Source: Lepidodermella squamata (lineage: Eukaryota; Animalia; Gastrotricha). Taken from it: a stretch of DNA of 64,000 bases. Below the pieces are notes generated by a model, which saw nothing but the letters and a program-made list of their open reading frames with translations, did no database searches and was not told the origin of the DNA. Below, piece after piece: positions 10,660-22,500 of this stretch. The stretch covers positions 1,736,001-1,800,000 of the forward strand of contig JBLDXI010000017.1 of NCBI GenBank assembly GCA_047495785.1, written 5' to 3'. The translations under genes were made by a program, and so were the position numbers. The first letter of the stretch is position 1. Each line of letters starts with the position of its first letter.

Positions 10660-13600
10660 TCAGTAACATTGTTTGAGATTAGCGAAAAACGATAGGCGAT
10701 TACTCGCAGCCTCAATGACAGCAACAACGCGGCTGAAAACACCGAAATTCAGGTCGAATGGGTAGTCGTCGGGTATGTCGGCAATGGCCAGGGCCGACGG
10801 AGCAAAATTTTTCATTCCAAAATCGCACAGTCTTTTCTTCGCATCAAGAGAGAATACCTGGAAAATCAACACAAAATTATAATGATTATTCCAGTATTTC
10901 ACGGCTACGCATGCATTGACTATGAAAAAGGTTGTTTCAATTAGCAAAATCAACATTCCAACTTCGAATAATGACTGAAAAATTAACTGTCGTAAAGATA
11001 GATATAGCATAAAATGGCTCCCCACTTGTAAGACGGCACTATCTGAGGAAATCGGTGATCGAATAGCACATTACTACAAGCAACTAGCAAGCCCCTAAAT
11101 GAAAAAGGACGCTTTTCGTAACGGTCCTACGAAGTTTAATATTTTTTATTTTTTTTTTCGTTTTAAAGAGCGCAGCTTTCGCTTTAGCGCCCTGAGACCA
11201 GCATCAGGTGATGGTAAGGATACATACCTTAGACACAAATCAAATTCGCAGATGGTTAAATATTTTCTGGACTTCAAATCCGACCACCCTCTGAAAGACC
11301 AATACACTGAACTCTCCGTGCAGATCAAAGTGGATGGAAAAATGAGAGATCGTTCATTCAAAATTTAAAGACAAGACCACGTCGATAAACATTTGATTTG
11401 ATGAATGATCAAGGTGGCAAAGTCATAAGGTTAGAAATTTGCATCCAAATTTGTTTTTATCCAGTGAGAAAAATTTGCCTTGGAGGCGCGGCGTTATGCA
11501 CTTTGAGGTGCCCACTGGAATTAAGGAAAATGGTGAGCCTTTTGTCCGTGTTCCCTTGGCGATGGTAACACGAAAGGCGAGCGACCGAGGCAGAAAACGC
11601 ATGAAGACTGGAACACCCGAAATATGTGAAACACAGATAATACCCATTTGTGACATGAAACTGCTGTGTTAGAAGCGTGCGGCCTGATGCTATTACCCCG
11701 AGAGCCTTGAAAGGAAACAGAGACGAGAAACGAGCAACATATATTTATCGCAGATAGTATCAAACGAGACGGAAGGCGTAACAGCTACTGCTGAACAAAA
11801 TGGAAAATTTCCAAATTTTTTATTTTTGTTATTTTTTTTTCGTTTTAAAGAGCGCAGCTTTCGCTTTAGCGCCCTGAGACCAACATCAGGTGATGGTAAG
11901 GATACATACCTTAGACACAAATCAAATTCGCAGATGGTTAAATATTTTCTGGACTTCAAATCCGACCACCCTCTGAAAGACCAATACACTGAACTCTCCG
12001 TGCAGATCAAAGTGGATGGAAAAATGAGAGATCGTTCATTCAAAATTTAAAGACAAGACCACGTCGATAAACATTTGATTTGATGAATGATCAAGGTGGC
12101 AAAGTCATAAGGTTAGAAATTTGCATCCAAATTTGTTTTTATCCAGTGAGAAAAATTTGCCTTGGAGGCGCGGCGTTATGCACTTTGAGGTGCCCACTGG
12201 AATTAAGGAAAATGGTGAGCCTTTTGTCCGTGTTCCCTTGGCGATGGTAACACGAAAGGCGAGCGACCGAGGCAGAAAACGCATGAAGACTGGAACACCC
12301 GAAATATGTGAAACACAGATAATACCCATTTGTGACATGAAACTGCTGTGTTAGAAGCGTGCGGCCTGATGCTATTACCCCGAGAGCCTTGAAAGGAAAC
12401 AGAGACGAGAAACGAGCAACATATATTTATCGCAGATAGTATCAAACGAGACGGAAGGCGTAACAGCTACTGCTGAACAAAATGGAAAATTTCCAAATTT
12501 TTTATTTTTGTTATTTTTTTTTCGTTTTAAAGAGCGCAGCTTTCGCTTTAGCGCCCTGAGACCAACATCAGGTGATGGTAAGGATACATACCTTAGACAC
12601 AAATCAAATTCGCAGATGGTTAAAGTTCAATACGACAAAATTTTCAACCGCCCGCTGAAGGCTGATATCAATCAACGTAGCGCATAGTTCTCGACTTCGT
12701 TAGAAATGAATAAAATGGCAATACAATAACACCAAGATCGGTGAGACAAGTCGTTGCTACATGTATTTAACCTGCAAGCGTGTTTTGATGCATGGGGTAA
12801 AACATTGTCATAACCGGGACTTCTCCTTGCTTGAGCTTAGCACCACCTCAATCCATGTCGACGTAAGAAGAGAAATTAGCTAAAACTGATCATCCGAACG
12901 GTGGAATTTATTTATCAGAAAAGCCTCCAGAAAATGAAATTATTTTCAGACTTAGATTTCCCATCAACTCGAAATGACGATTTCGATTTCGTTGAAGACA
13001 ATAGAATTCGTAAACGTTTAAAAGAAAATTGAGCAGGAGACGTGCAACAAAACTTGCGCAATAATTTTTCGAAGTGATTGAGAAGTAACTTTGGTTATTT
13101 TGGAGAAATCGTGGAGTCTCATTATTTCATTTCATTCATTCCGCTGAGGGATGAGCATTGTTTCTGAGGAAAACACGTTATAATGGTCTTTCATTTCTGA
13201 TCTATGAGGAACCATTCTTCGTCCACAATTACCGATGAAGAGTGCCGAATCAAGTCGACTAATCAATTCAAATTAATTAGTTAAGTTAGAATGTTTCCAA
13301 CCACAAAAAGGTCTAGAAAACTCGACAGACTTCGCAATTTAGATAAAGATACGCTAATATAAAGAGGCTTGAAATGGCGATATGTTAATATTTCCGGGTT
13401 CAAAAAGTGGCAGGGTAATAGAGGACGAAGGTAGAACCCCTCAGGATGCTGGGAAACTTTTTAATAGGAAGGCATCGTCACAGGCTAATATTTTGTGTTT
13501 GTTTTTTCGTTTTGAAGAGCGCAGCTTTCGCTTTACCGCCCTGAGACCGGCATCAAGATAAATTAGCCAAAATCATAACCCAAATGGTGGCATTTATTTA

Positions 13601-16141
13601 CCTCAAAAACTGAAATTAGAGGCTTATGAATTTCCCATCAGCTCGAAATGACTCGAATACTGTCTAAAACTAGAACTTGGACGTTATACTAAACATGAAA
13701 TCGCGAGATGTTAATATTTTTGGGTACATGAAGCGGCAGAGAAAATGGAGGAAAAATTTGAAAAAGGACAGTACTTTCAACGGGTATCGTCTATTTTTTC
13801 TTTATTTTCGTTTTAAAGAGCGCAGCTTTCGCTTTAGCGCCCTGAGACCAACATCAGGTGATGGTAAGGATACATACCTTAGACACAAATCAAATTCGCA
13901 GATGGTTAAATGTCACCTCGACCAAATTTTCAACCACCCGCTGAAAGCTTATATCAGTCAACATATCATATAGCTCCGAAATTCGTTGGAAATAAAAGAA
14001 ATTTGCAATAAAATGGCGCAATGGTGGGTATAACGCATTCTAATAATCAGACTGCCACTCGAATAGGAGTCAAACTCCCCCTCGATTCTTACCAATGCAA
14101 GAAAATAAGCGAGTTACTCTTAACATCCGAATGGCATTCATCGAGATGTATATTTCCAAAATGGAGCCCGAATGTTCTGTTCAACTTACTTCAATAGCGC
14201 CAGCTAAAGAATCTGAACTGAGCATTAGACCATTTTCAGGGTCGAATTGAATGCCGCGAAGACCATGAAATCCGCCAATAGCTAATTCAGCCTTGGCGAC
14301 ATCGAGCGAGCCATTCGAAGATATCGGAACGGCGTACAAACTCGATGAATCATCGCTGTTCTCACGAAAGAACAATCTACCGCCATGGGCTCCAATCACC
14401 ATCGGCTCGTTCACTTTCGTAATGACCCACTTATCCTGCGGGGTCCAGTCAGCCAGTGAGTAGGATCGAATGCAGTTGCCAAACGCCGTGAAACAGCGAT
14501 TGACGTTTGCGCATATGGCAAGGCCATGGGCGAACAAACCAGTCGGGTCATCGATAACAGTTCTCACCCTGAAATTTTGAAAGTCCGAGTTTTGTTCGCC
14601 GAGATTGATTGAAATGACGATTCCGCGGGAAACAGCGACCATTTCATTGTTGACTGGGTTCAAAGCGATCAAGCGTGGGCAGGTTTGGTGGCGAGTTGTG
14701 CGCACTTTCGGCCCTTTTTCCGGGACATCGATGATTTTCACCAATTGACCAGTTACGGTATAAATCTGTGATGAAACATAAAATATAAATAGATAAATGA
14801 CCGCCTTAATCATATCAAGGCCAGAGGATTTGTATAAGAAATTTATAAGTTCAATAGTCGTCTATTTGAATCAGACAAGCAGAGTGGCGCAGTGGAAGCG
14901 CGCTGGGCCCATAACCCAGAGGTCTGTAGATCGAAACTACGCTCTGCTAAACGTCGCATTTTTTCATCGCGCTTACGAAAAATTGATATTTATCGCATGA
15001 ACCTGATTTTGATAATTTATCGATTTTTGAAAATCCAGTTCAGTTCCGATTTCGAAATGCTCATTTGAAGCTATGAATGTGATTCTTCAGCTGGGCATCA
15101 ATTTATTCACAGAAAATTGAAAAATTAATACCACCTTAAATATTATGGGAAAAACTTCCTACACAACTTCAAAGGTCCAGTGATGTATTTTCCAGTTTCT
15201 GGACACACTGATATCAAAATTTATCCGAGAACAAAATCGACTACGAGAGACTAAAATCAATAGCGTTTCCGATTTTCAATTTTTTATGTTGAAACTGGGG
15301 TTGATAAACTCGTTTGAGTTATAAGAAAAGATGCAATTTTTTCTCGATTTTACGGGTGAGGCGCGAACGCCGGTACCCAAGTGAAATATTGTGCACCCGA
15401 CTCCGCCGATGAGGCAAAGCGCAGGGGTCAGCGCGCCGCAGTGCAATGGCACGCCTCGCCCTGGGGCGACCGACTTGTTGATCTCGGTACATCCCAGTGC
15501 CAGGTAAGTTTAGTGGCAATAGCTTTTAGCTCATTGCCGCTTTCATCACTGAAACGCTTCTGAATATTCGACTCAATTTGCATAAAATCATGGAGAGAAA
15601 ATGGAACATAGAGTTTAAAAAATGCGACGTTTAGCAGAGCGTAGTTTCGATCTACAGACCTCTGGGTTATGGGCCCAGCGCGCTTCCACTGCGCCACTCT
15701 GCTTGTCTGAGACCATATCACGATAAAGATTTTATGTCCTATTTCTCCAGGTCGAAAATTGTTCAAAAATTTAGGAAAAATCATCTTACTACGTTAATAT
15801 CAAGGTTCGAATCGTGGAAGTTAAGCGTGAAAAATTACCGCGATATAACCGATGAAATGAACAACAAAGCCGTCCTTAGTTGGCAGAGCCGCGACACTGC
15901 ACGGTTTCGACTCTTTCTGGAAGTCTTCCAACGTCAACGAAGCAAGCAGCTTCATTCTTCTGTAAGGATTCTCCAGCCAGATGCGGTACCAATCAGGCCC
16001 CAGTTCAACCTGAGGCGAGCTGGTTTTCTCAGATGGAACGGCTGAATCAAAATTATCCAACAAAGCGCCGAAAGTCTTGACGTTTTTCTCAACTTTTCCA
16101 GGCTTTGCCAGCTCGGTACTTATTTCGATGGTTTGATCCAT
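10660..16141 (-). CDS. N18: NHL-like protein with divergent N-terminus; both introns contain ncRNA genes
   Basis: Exon 1 15839-16141, exon 2 14190-14765 (FHGLRGIQFDPENGLMLSSD), exon 3 10660-10857 (VFSLDAK...FAPSALAI...RLSFFA); phase-0 GT-AG introns at the family positions. Confidence 0.7.
11168..11257 (-). ncRNA. Candidate SL RNA, copy C
   Basis: As copy A with one substitution (GCTGG vs GTTGG). Confidence 0.7.
11850..11939 (-). ncRNA. Candidate SL RNA, copy D
   Basis: Identical to copy A. Confidence 0.7.
12532..12621 (-). ncRNA. Candidate SL RNA, copy E
   Basis: Identical to copy A. Confidence 0.7.
13517..13555 (-). pseudogene. 5'-truncated copy of the candidate SL RNA (3' hairpin only)
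   Basis: gagcgcagctttcgctttaccgccctgagaccggcatca, then similarity ends; leader and donor missing. Confidence 0.7.
13818..13907 (-). ncRNA. Candidate SL RNA, copy F
   Basis: Identical to copy A. Confidence 0.7.
14878..14949 (+). tRNA. tRNA-iMet: Initiator tRNA-Met (CAT), solo inverted copy
   Basis: Identical 72-nt sequence followed by a T6 run; no U1 downstream on this strand. Confidence 0.98.
15353..15511 (-). ncRNA. U1: U1 snRNA, copy 2
   Basis: As copy 1 with one substitution just before the Sm-site position. Confidence 0.95.
15632..15703 (-). tRNA. tRNA-iMet: Initiator tRNA-Met (CAT), cassette 2
   Basis: Identical 72-nt sequence. Confidence 0.98.
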
Positions 16142-16365
16142 ATTTAACAAGATCTACTGGTATCAAAAAGTTGCTAAAATTTAATATTGATAAAATTTAA
16201 TATGATAAACACTTGAAATCACAGTGTCTAGCAGAAAAGTTGCCAGATCAGACTTAGAAAAGCATAACGAAATTCGCAATAAGAACAACAGCGTAACAGT
16301 TGAATCTATAAAATTAAGCAAGTTCACAAGTTTTTGAAAGACGAAATTGCGTGTAGTGCTCAAAA

Positions 16366-18431
16366 TTACGCAGCACCATAAATATGGATACCACAGACTC
16401 TGTCGATGACAGCCAGGATGTTGTAGTAGCGCGATTCTCCAACGCAGTACGGTTTGTCTTCAAAACAACTCAAAATAGCACAGTCGTATGGCCTGAATTT
16501 GATTGCGCTTTTCGGAGGAGGTTTCAGCGTAGCTAGTTTCTCGATGCCATCAGGACTGAATATCTGAAAATTGAGGAAAACGATAATACAGCGTGTCCCA
16601 TAATTAACACAAGCAAAGAAAAAACACGAAGAAGGGCTCTGAAACTCTAAATTGAGAGACAAAGTCACATCTCATGGGCAGACAATTTTTAGAAGAATTC
16701 AAAAAATCACGAGGGTAGTAATCAAGGAGGTAATCATTCGTTATTAGGACAAAAAAGTGCGGAAAAAATTTGGTCCCAAAGGGTAAATAAACCGAAAATT
16801 ACCGAAAGTTACCATCGGGAGTTTCCGGGTTTTCTCCGGTAACTTTTCCATTTTTTTCGGTTAAATCGCGGATATATACTCAAAGACTCTCTCGGTAGGT
16901 TTAACTTTGAGAAATTAGTTGAATTTCCAACAAAAATTTGCCGAATAAAAAATAGTTGCGCAACTTCCGGGACACGCGTAGAACGAGACAAATTAATACA
17001 AAAACTCAAAAATCATACCATAGTGAGGCAATGATAATTAAAAAATCCGGAATAATTCTTAAAATGACGATATACCAAAAGTTTAAGATATTTTATGACC
17101 TGGTTTTTCAAGTTCTCGAATAATTTTCAGAAAATTCTGAAATCCCTGAAAAAGCTTGTTGGGCCATCTAAGCGAATGTTTTTCATCAGTGAAAAATGCT
17201 CGCGAAATCTTACCGTAACAGTGTCGGCACCTGCATCGGCAGCTATGATGTTACCATCGGCATCGAAATCGATCCCCCTCAAATCGCAAAACTTGCGAGA
17301 AATCACCGGTTCTTCCTCATCGAGAATCAGCATACCCAGACGTCCAATCGGTGCAGACATCAAAGAGCTGCTATTCAACGCAGTGTGATAGAACAGCCGA
17401 TCTTCAAAGCAACCGGCGACAAATGGTTTATCGATGCTAGTGACTTGCCACTCGCCGCGTTCTTCCCAACTGTCCAACGAGAAAGATTTGATTTTGTCGC
17501 CGAAAACTGTGAAAAGACGATTTTCAGCCTTGCTCAGCGATATGCCGTGCGGCGAACGGTGGGCCGGGCTTGAGTCGCTAGTCAACAGGCGCAGATTCAC
17601 ACACGTGTCGCGCGGTGAGAAGGGCGAAACAGAGAGAATTTTGCCATCATCAGCTGCGTAAATCAAACTTCGGGTGCGGTCAAACTCGATCAAACTCGGG
17701 CTATACTCGCCAACGATGCCCAAGCCAGAAATGCCAGGAATCCTTAGCGATTGCCTTATTGAACCCATCGGCTTGACCAACTATAAAATTTAAGAAATTA
17801 AAAAATTTTAACCAAAGTTGGTTAAGGTGGCTCATGATTTTCCTGATAATTTTTCGAATTTTTTATTATTATTTTCGAATTTATAATTTAATAAATTAAT
17901 TTTAACTTTTAAAATAAGTGAAAATTGATTTTAGAAATTTACGGATAGTTTGTTGAAGCCATGGCGCGTTAAAAAACAGCCCCAATCAGGCGCGGCTACA
18001 ATGCTTCTCGGTTTAATCACATCGATCGAAGCCAAATACTCGATATCCTGATAGGTCCTCGCTTCTCGCTTCCGTTTTTTCGCCATAGAACATTCAGAAT
18101 CCGCAATCGCTAAATCAGGTTTGATGGCAATTCGAGACGGTACAGCTTCAATTGCAGCGAAACTAGCTGGCGGGGTGATGAGAGGTTGAATCTTACATTC
18201 TGCCTCCGAAGGGACAGTTGAAACCTCGAATTTTCCAACTTTTGTCGACGTCACAGCAGCGAATGATTGAGTGAATTCGGGAGTTCGGAGATACGAGACC
18301 TGGAAACTATCATCAGAGGCTAGTTTAGTGCCCAAAGTGACAAGACGATCGCGTTCTGACTTTAGAAAATTGACCATCTCTTCGACTATCAGTGCGAAAT
18401 CTTCATCAACCATTGCTCCGACTGAACCCAT
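16366..18431 (-). CDS. N17: coiled-coil + NHL-like protein (3 exons)
   Basis: ORFs 17931-18431, 17127-17780 and 16366-16668; KKRKR linker; LRGIDFDADGNIIAADAG NHL blade; ~650-nt intron 2. Confidence 0.85.
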
Positions 18432-18839
18432 AATCGATAGCGAAAATATTGAAAAAATTAACAGCAGAAGGTATCCTAAAAAATATATGTTCCATTATGC
18501 ACAATGCTAATGATCTTGTCGCTTTTACGAATTATGCTGTTACCTAAGAGATTTCGATACCGCAGTCAAAATCAGTAAACGGAATTTGAATCAACACTGT
18601 GAAAATGGGGCTCATAAGTAAAGGAGCTGCTCACAAGAAGGGGGTCGATATCAAAAAATTTAAAACTTAGGTAGGTTATTATCCATCCAAATTTAGCAAA
18701 AATCCACTTGGCAAAGGTCCATTTTTCTGTTGATTTTACCTGCTTTTAGAACGTTTAAAATACCTATGAATTCAGAGAAGCGTCCGAGTATACCAGGTCC
18801 GAATTCACCCTGGTTACAATATTTTTTGTGTTAATTTTA

Positions 18840-18998
18840 CGGGTGAGGCGCGAACGCCGGTACCCAAGTGAAATATTTTGCACCCGACTCCGCCGATGAG
18901 GCAAAGCGCAGGGGTCAGCGAGCCGAAGTGCAATGGCACGCCTCGCCCTGGGGCGACCGACTTGCTGATCTCGGTACATTCCAGTGCCAGGTAAGTTT
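18840..18998 (-). ncRNA. U1: U1 snRNA, copy 3 (variant)
   Basis: U1 hallmarks retained; four substitutions relative to copy 1 in stem/loop I and stem/loop II. Confidence 0.9.
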
Positions 18999-19116
18999 AG
19001 TGGCAATAGATTTCAGCCAATTACCGCTTTCATCGCCAAAACCCTTCTGAGTATTCGACTCAATTTGCATAAAATCAAGTAGGGAGAATGAAAATTGAAT
19101 GAAAAAATGTGACGAT

Positions 19117-19188
19117 TAGCAGAGCGTAGTTTCGATCTACAGACCTCTGGGTTATGGGCCCAGCGCGCTTCCACTGCGCCACTCTGCT
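19117..19188 (-). tRNA. tRNA-iMet: Initiator tRNA-Met (CAT), cassette 3
   Basis: Identical 72-nt sequence. Confidence 0.98.
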
Positions 19189-19508
19189 TGTCTGAGTTAT
19201 AAGATCTAAGATTGCAGTGTATTTGTCGTCGGAATTGGCTCAATGATAAGTCAATTCACCCGAACAGCATTTCGAACTTCGGATCGGATCGGTAAGTCTA
19301 AAATGCAACTCTGAGAAGCTGAAAGAAATATTTACCGACGAAGAAATCGAAATTTTTTGTCAAATTCTAAAAAAAATGCACAGATTTCAATTTTTTCTGC
19401 CATATGGAAGGACATCAAATTAATATATGTAATAACATATAAAAATAGTCAGATAAAAAATATCTGAAACCTCTGAAAGTTCAAGTGAAAGAGACAGCAA
19501 CGTATAAC

Positions 19509-22500
19509 TTAGCGACCGCCGAACAAATGAACACCAGAATCTTTGCTAACAACGGCCACGATATTACGATAGGTGGAGTCGCCCACCTTGTAGGGTGACC
19601 CGTTATAACAATGAAGCACCGCGCAGTTTTTCGGCACAAACGAATTGACCGGTACTCTAGGAGGGCATTCCAACGTAGCAAGTCTTGTTCTCCCATCAGC
19701 ACTGAATATCTAAAATATTTTGGAAAACTGCAAGAAATATTATTTCAATCAGAATTACCTTGACGTTATTCGATCCGCTGTCAGCAGCAATCAAGTGTCC
19801 AAATTTGTCAACGACCGATCCATCTAGGTAGACGAATTCGCCACGCATTTCAATTTTCATTTGTTTGAAGTCCAAATTTCCGTTATACAAAATCGGCACC
19901 GAGACTAGCGAGTCGGCAAATTTTGAGCGAATAAGAAGTTTTTTCCTGAAACAGCCAACCACATACGGCTTATTCAAAGAAGGAACAGTCCATTCGCCGC
20001 ATTGCTTCCAGTTGAGCAATGAGTAGGATTTAATTATACCTCCAAAGGCTGCGAATAACACCTTCCGTTCGCGACAGACGCCAAATCCGCATGGCGAAAG
20101 ACCGCTCTTATCTTCGATCACCTTAAATACTCGTGCAATATCGTCATTCGGACCGAATTTTCCGAATTTGAAGATTTTTTGATCATCGGCTAGGTAGAAT
20201 TGTTTTGATATGTAGTCATAGACGAGTGAACTCGAGGCGTATTCGCCGAGGGCTGCCTTGCCAGAAACACCCGGGAGACTGAGCGTTCGGCCTAATTTCC
20301 CCGATGAGGAAATCATCTAAAATAAATTGAAGTATCATTAAGGCATGATTTCAGTATTTAATTTCGAAAAATTCGGAAAAATTTAGCCATATTTTTAAAT
20401 TTAACTCCACGGGGGTACAATTTTATCAGATTTTTCACCTGTCGTCTGATTCAATCGCATTGGATGAATGCCAGGCTGCCGTTCAAACTCCCGAAGAATA
20501 GGCTGACTAGGCAAAGCGGGCGAAAATCCATGCAGTTACATCTTATGGAAGTGGGAACTGTTGTTGTTCACCGCTCGCAGAAATTCCTTTCCAAGGATGA
20601 CACTCACTATTTACTACTCTTCACTACTCTTCACTACTCTTCCCTCACCTATTTCAGTTTGGCAGCGGCGGATTGCCCGAAAGCGGGCATACTCTTACTC
20701 GAAGCGGGAGCAAGTCATTCACTGGCTCAAAGTGTCAAGCAATCGAAGCTGCTTGAGGCAATGGTTGATGAATTCCCTCGAAGATCGCCATCTACTGCCA
20801 GACAATCAGTATGCTTTTCGTTCTCACCTCTCTGCTACCGACGTTCACCGCGTGTTCCACAATCGTTCTCATCGCCGATCTTGACGTGGAAGTCGCCTAT
20901 GACTCCATCTGGCCTGCTGGTCACAAGCTAGCCCAGCTGCCTCTACCGCGGAACCTCCTTGGTTTGACTATCACTATGCCAGCTTTGATCAATCGATCAA
21001 CATGGATACAACTGACTACATTAGTATTAGATCTATATTGTATATATTAGATAACACGTTTCGAACTACTGAGCTCCCTCCATGACATGGAAATCACGGC
21101 TTTGAATAGGCAAAGGAGCAGCTCCGTTATCGAGCTCCACAAACCCGCGCCCCAGGAAAAAGAGAAGAACCCAGGTGATCGCAAGGGTGATCAAAGTTTT
21201 CTTATGAACATCGTATAATGGTTCAAAAATTTCGCACCTTAAGAAAAATCGACCCGTCCCGCCTCCTTGAGAAAATGTTGAGGTTTTAGAAAAGCTCTGA
21301 ATGCTGCTATGCGCGCAACTCCTGATTCTGATGTGAAGCGTTCAACAACTCCTCTTCAACCTGCTGTAGAGGATGGTAGATTTGTCAGAGCTACTTTGCC
21401 CTACTTTAAAACGAATTTGCCTCAACTGAAAAATCCTAATCCGAAGCGTTAACGAAGTTACGGGCAAGAAAAGCTACTACCATTTGATTGCAAATTATTT
21501 TGAAGCGCTCCCAAAAAATTTGCAAAACGGAGAGTTTTATCGTGTTGCTTTGGCAAAATTCGGAATTAGAAAAATTTGCCAAAACCAACCTGGAAACGGT
21601 CCATTATTGTGTTGATTTTACGGGTGAGGCGCGAACGCCGGTACCCAAGTGAAATATTTTGCACCCGACTCCGCCGATGAGGCAAAGCGCAGGGGTCAGC
21701 GCGCCGCAGTGCAATGGCACGCCTCGCCCTGGGGCGACCGACTTGTTGATCTCGGTACATCCCAGTGCCAGGTAAGTTTAGTGGCAATAGCTTTCAGCTC
21801 AAATCCGCTTTCAACAGTGAAACGATTCTGAATATTCGACTTAATTTGCATAAAATCATGTAGGCAGAATGAAAATTGAATGAAAAAATGCGACGTTTAG
21901 CAGAGCGTAGTTTCGATCTACAGACCTCTGGGTTATGGGCCCAGCGCGCTTCCACTGCGCCACTCTGCTTGTCGCACCCAAAGAATTTGCGACGAGTTTT
22001 ATCATGGTGCTTTGGCAAAAGTTAACAAATTCGGGGTCATTTTTTCAAATCAGGTAGTGGGAATCCATTGCTATTAAATCCGCCAAATAGTTTCTTCAAT
22101 TTTGAAATAATCGAAAATAAAATTTAATTCACCGATATTTGATTTTTCGAGTGGCGTACAACGAAGCAATTCCAGCCTGCCACTGCAACGATACTTCTTG
22201 CCTGAGGAACATTCAGCGAGCCCAGAAAATCAATTCGCTGAAATGAATCATCACCGCTATATCTCGTCGGGGCATGTTTCACCGCCGGACCACGTTTCAA
22301 AATGTTCGAGGTTAATTTTTTGAGACGACTAGGCGATTGAATTCTCACAGGATCAGGAATTCGCGTCTCATCTTGTGTCGGACTTCGAGCTGTTACTTCG
22401 AATTTGCCAACCGCTGATGCCTTGAAAGCGGCGAACGCTTGCATAAATTCGGGCGTGCGAACGTAGGACACTTGCAAACTGCCACCGGAATTGAGTTTGG

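Larger units (their letters stand above)
11147..12624. repeat. 682-bp tandem repeat (about 2.2 units), each unit carrying a candidate SL RNA gene
   Basis: Identical ORFs offset by exactly 682 nt (11423/12105, 11439/12121); units nearly identical. Confidence 0.95.

Noticed and set aside
5942-13907. CRISPR array, or U2/U4/U5/U6/U11/U12/5S identity, for the 90-nt repeat
   Set aside because: Eukaryotic context, no short unique spacers and no cas genes; lacks the U5 loop GCCTTTTAC, the U6 ACAGAGA box, the U2 branch-pairing sequence and Pol III internal boxes
5815-13973. Repeated ORFs containing FKERSFRFSALRP or CLRYVSLPSPD, and ORFs in the 682-bp unit
   Set aside because: They are translations of the 90-nt RNA and its spacer; starts and ends vary and copy B has frame-breaking indels
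9009-21831. Repeated short ORFs MPLNLPGTG... and MKYFAPDSA... (4 copies each)
   Set aside because: They are translations of the U1 snRNA genes; conservation ends with the RNA and promoter, not with the ORF
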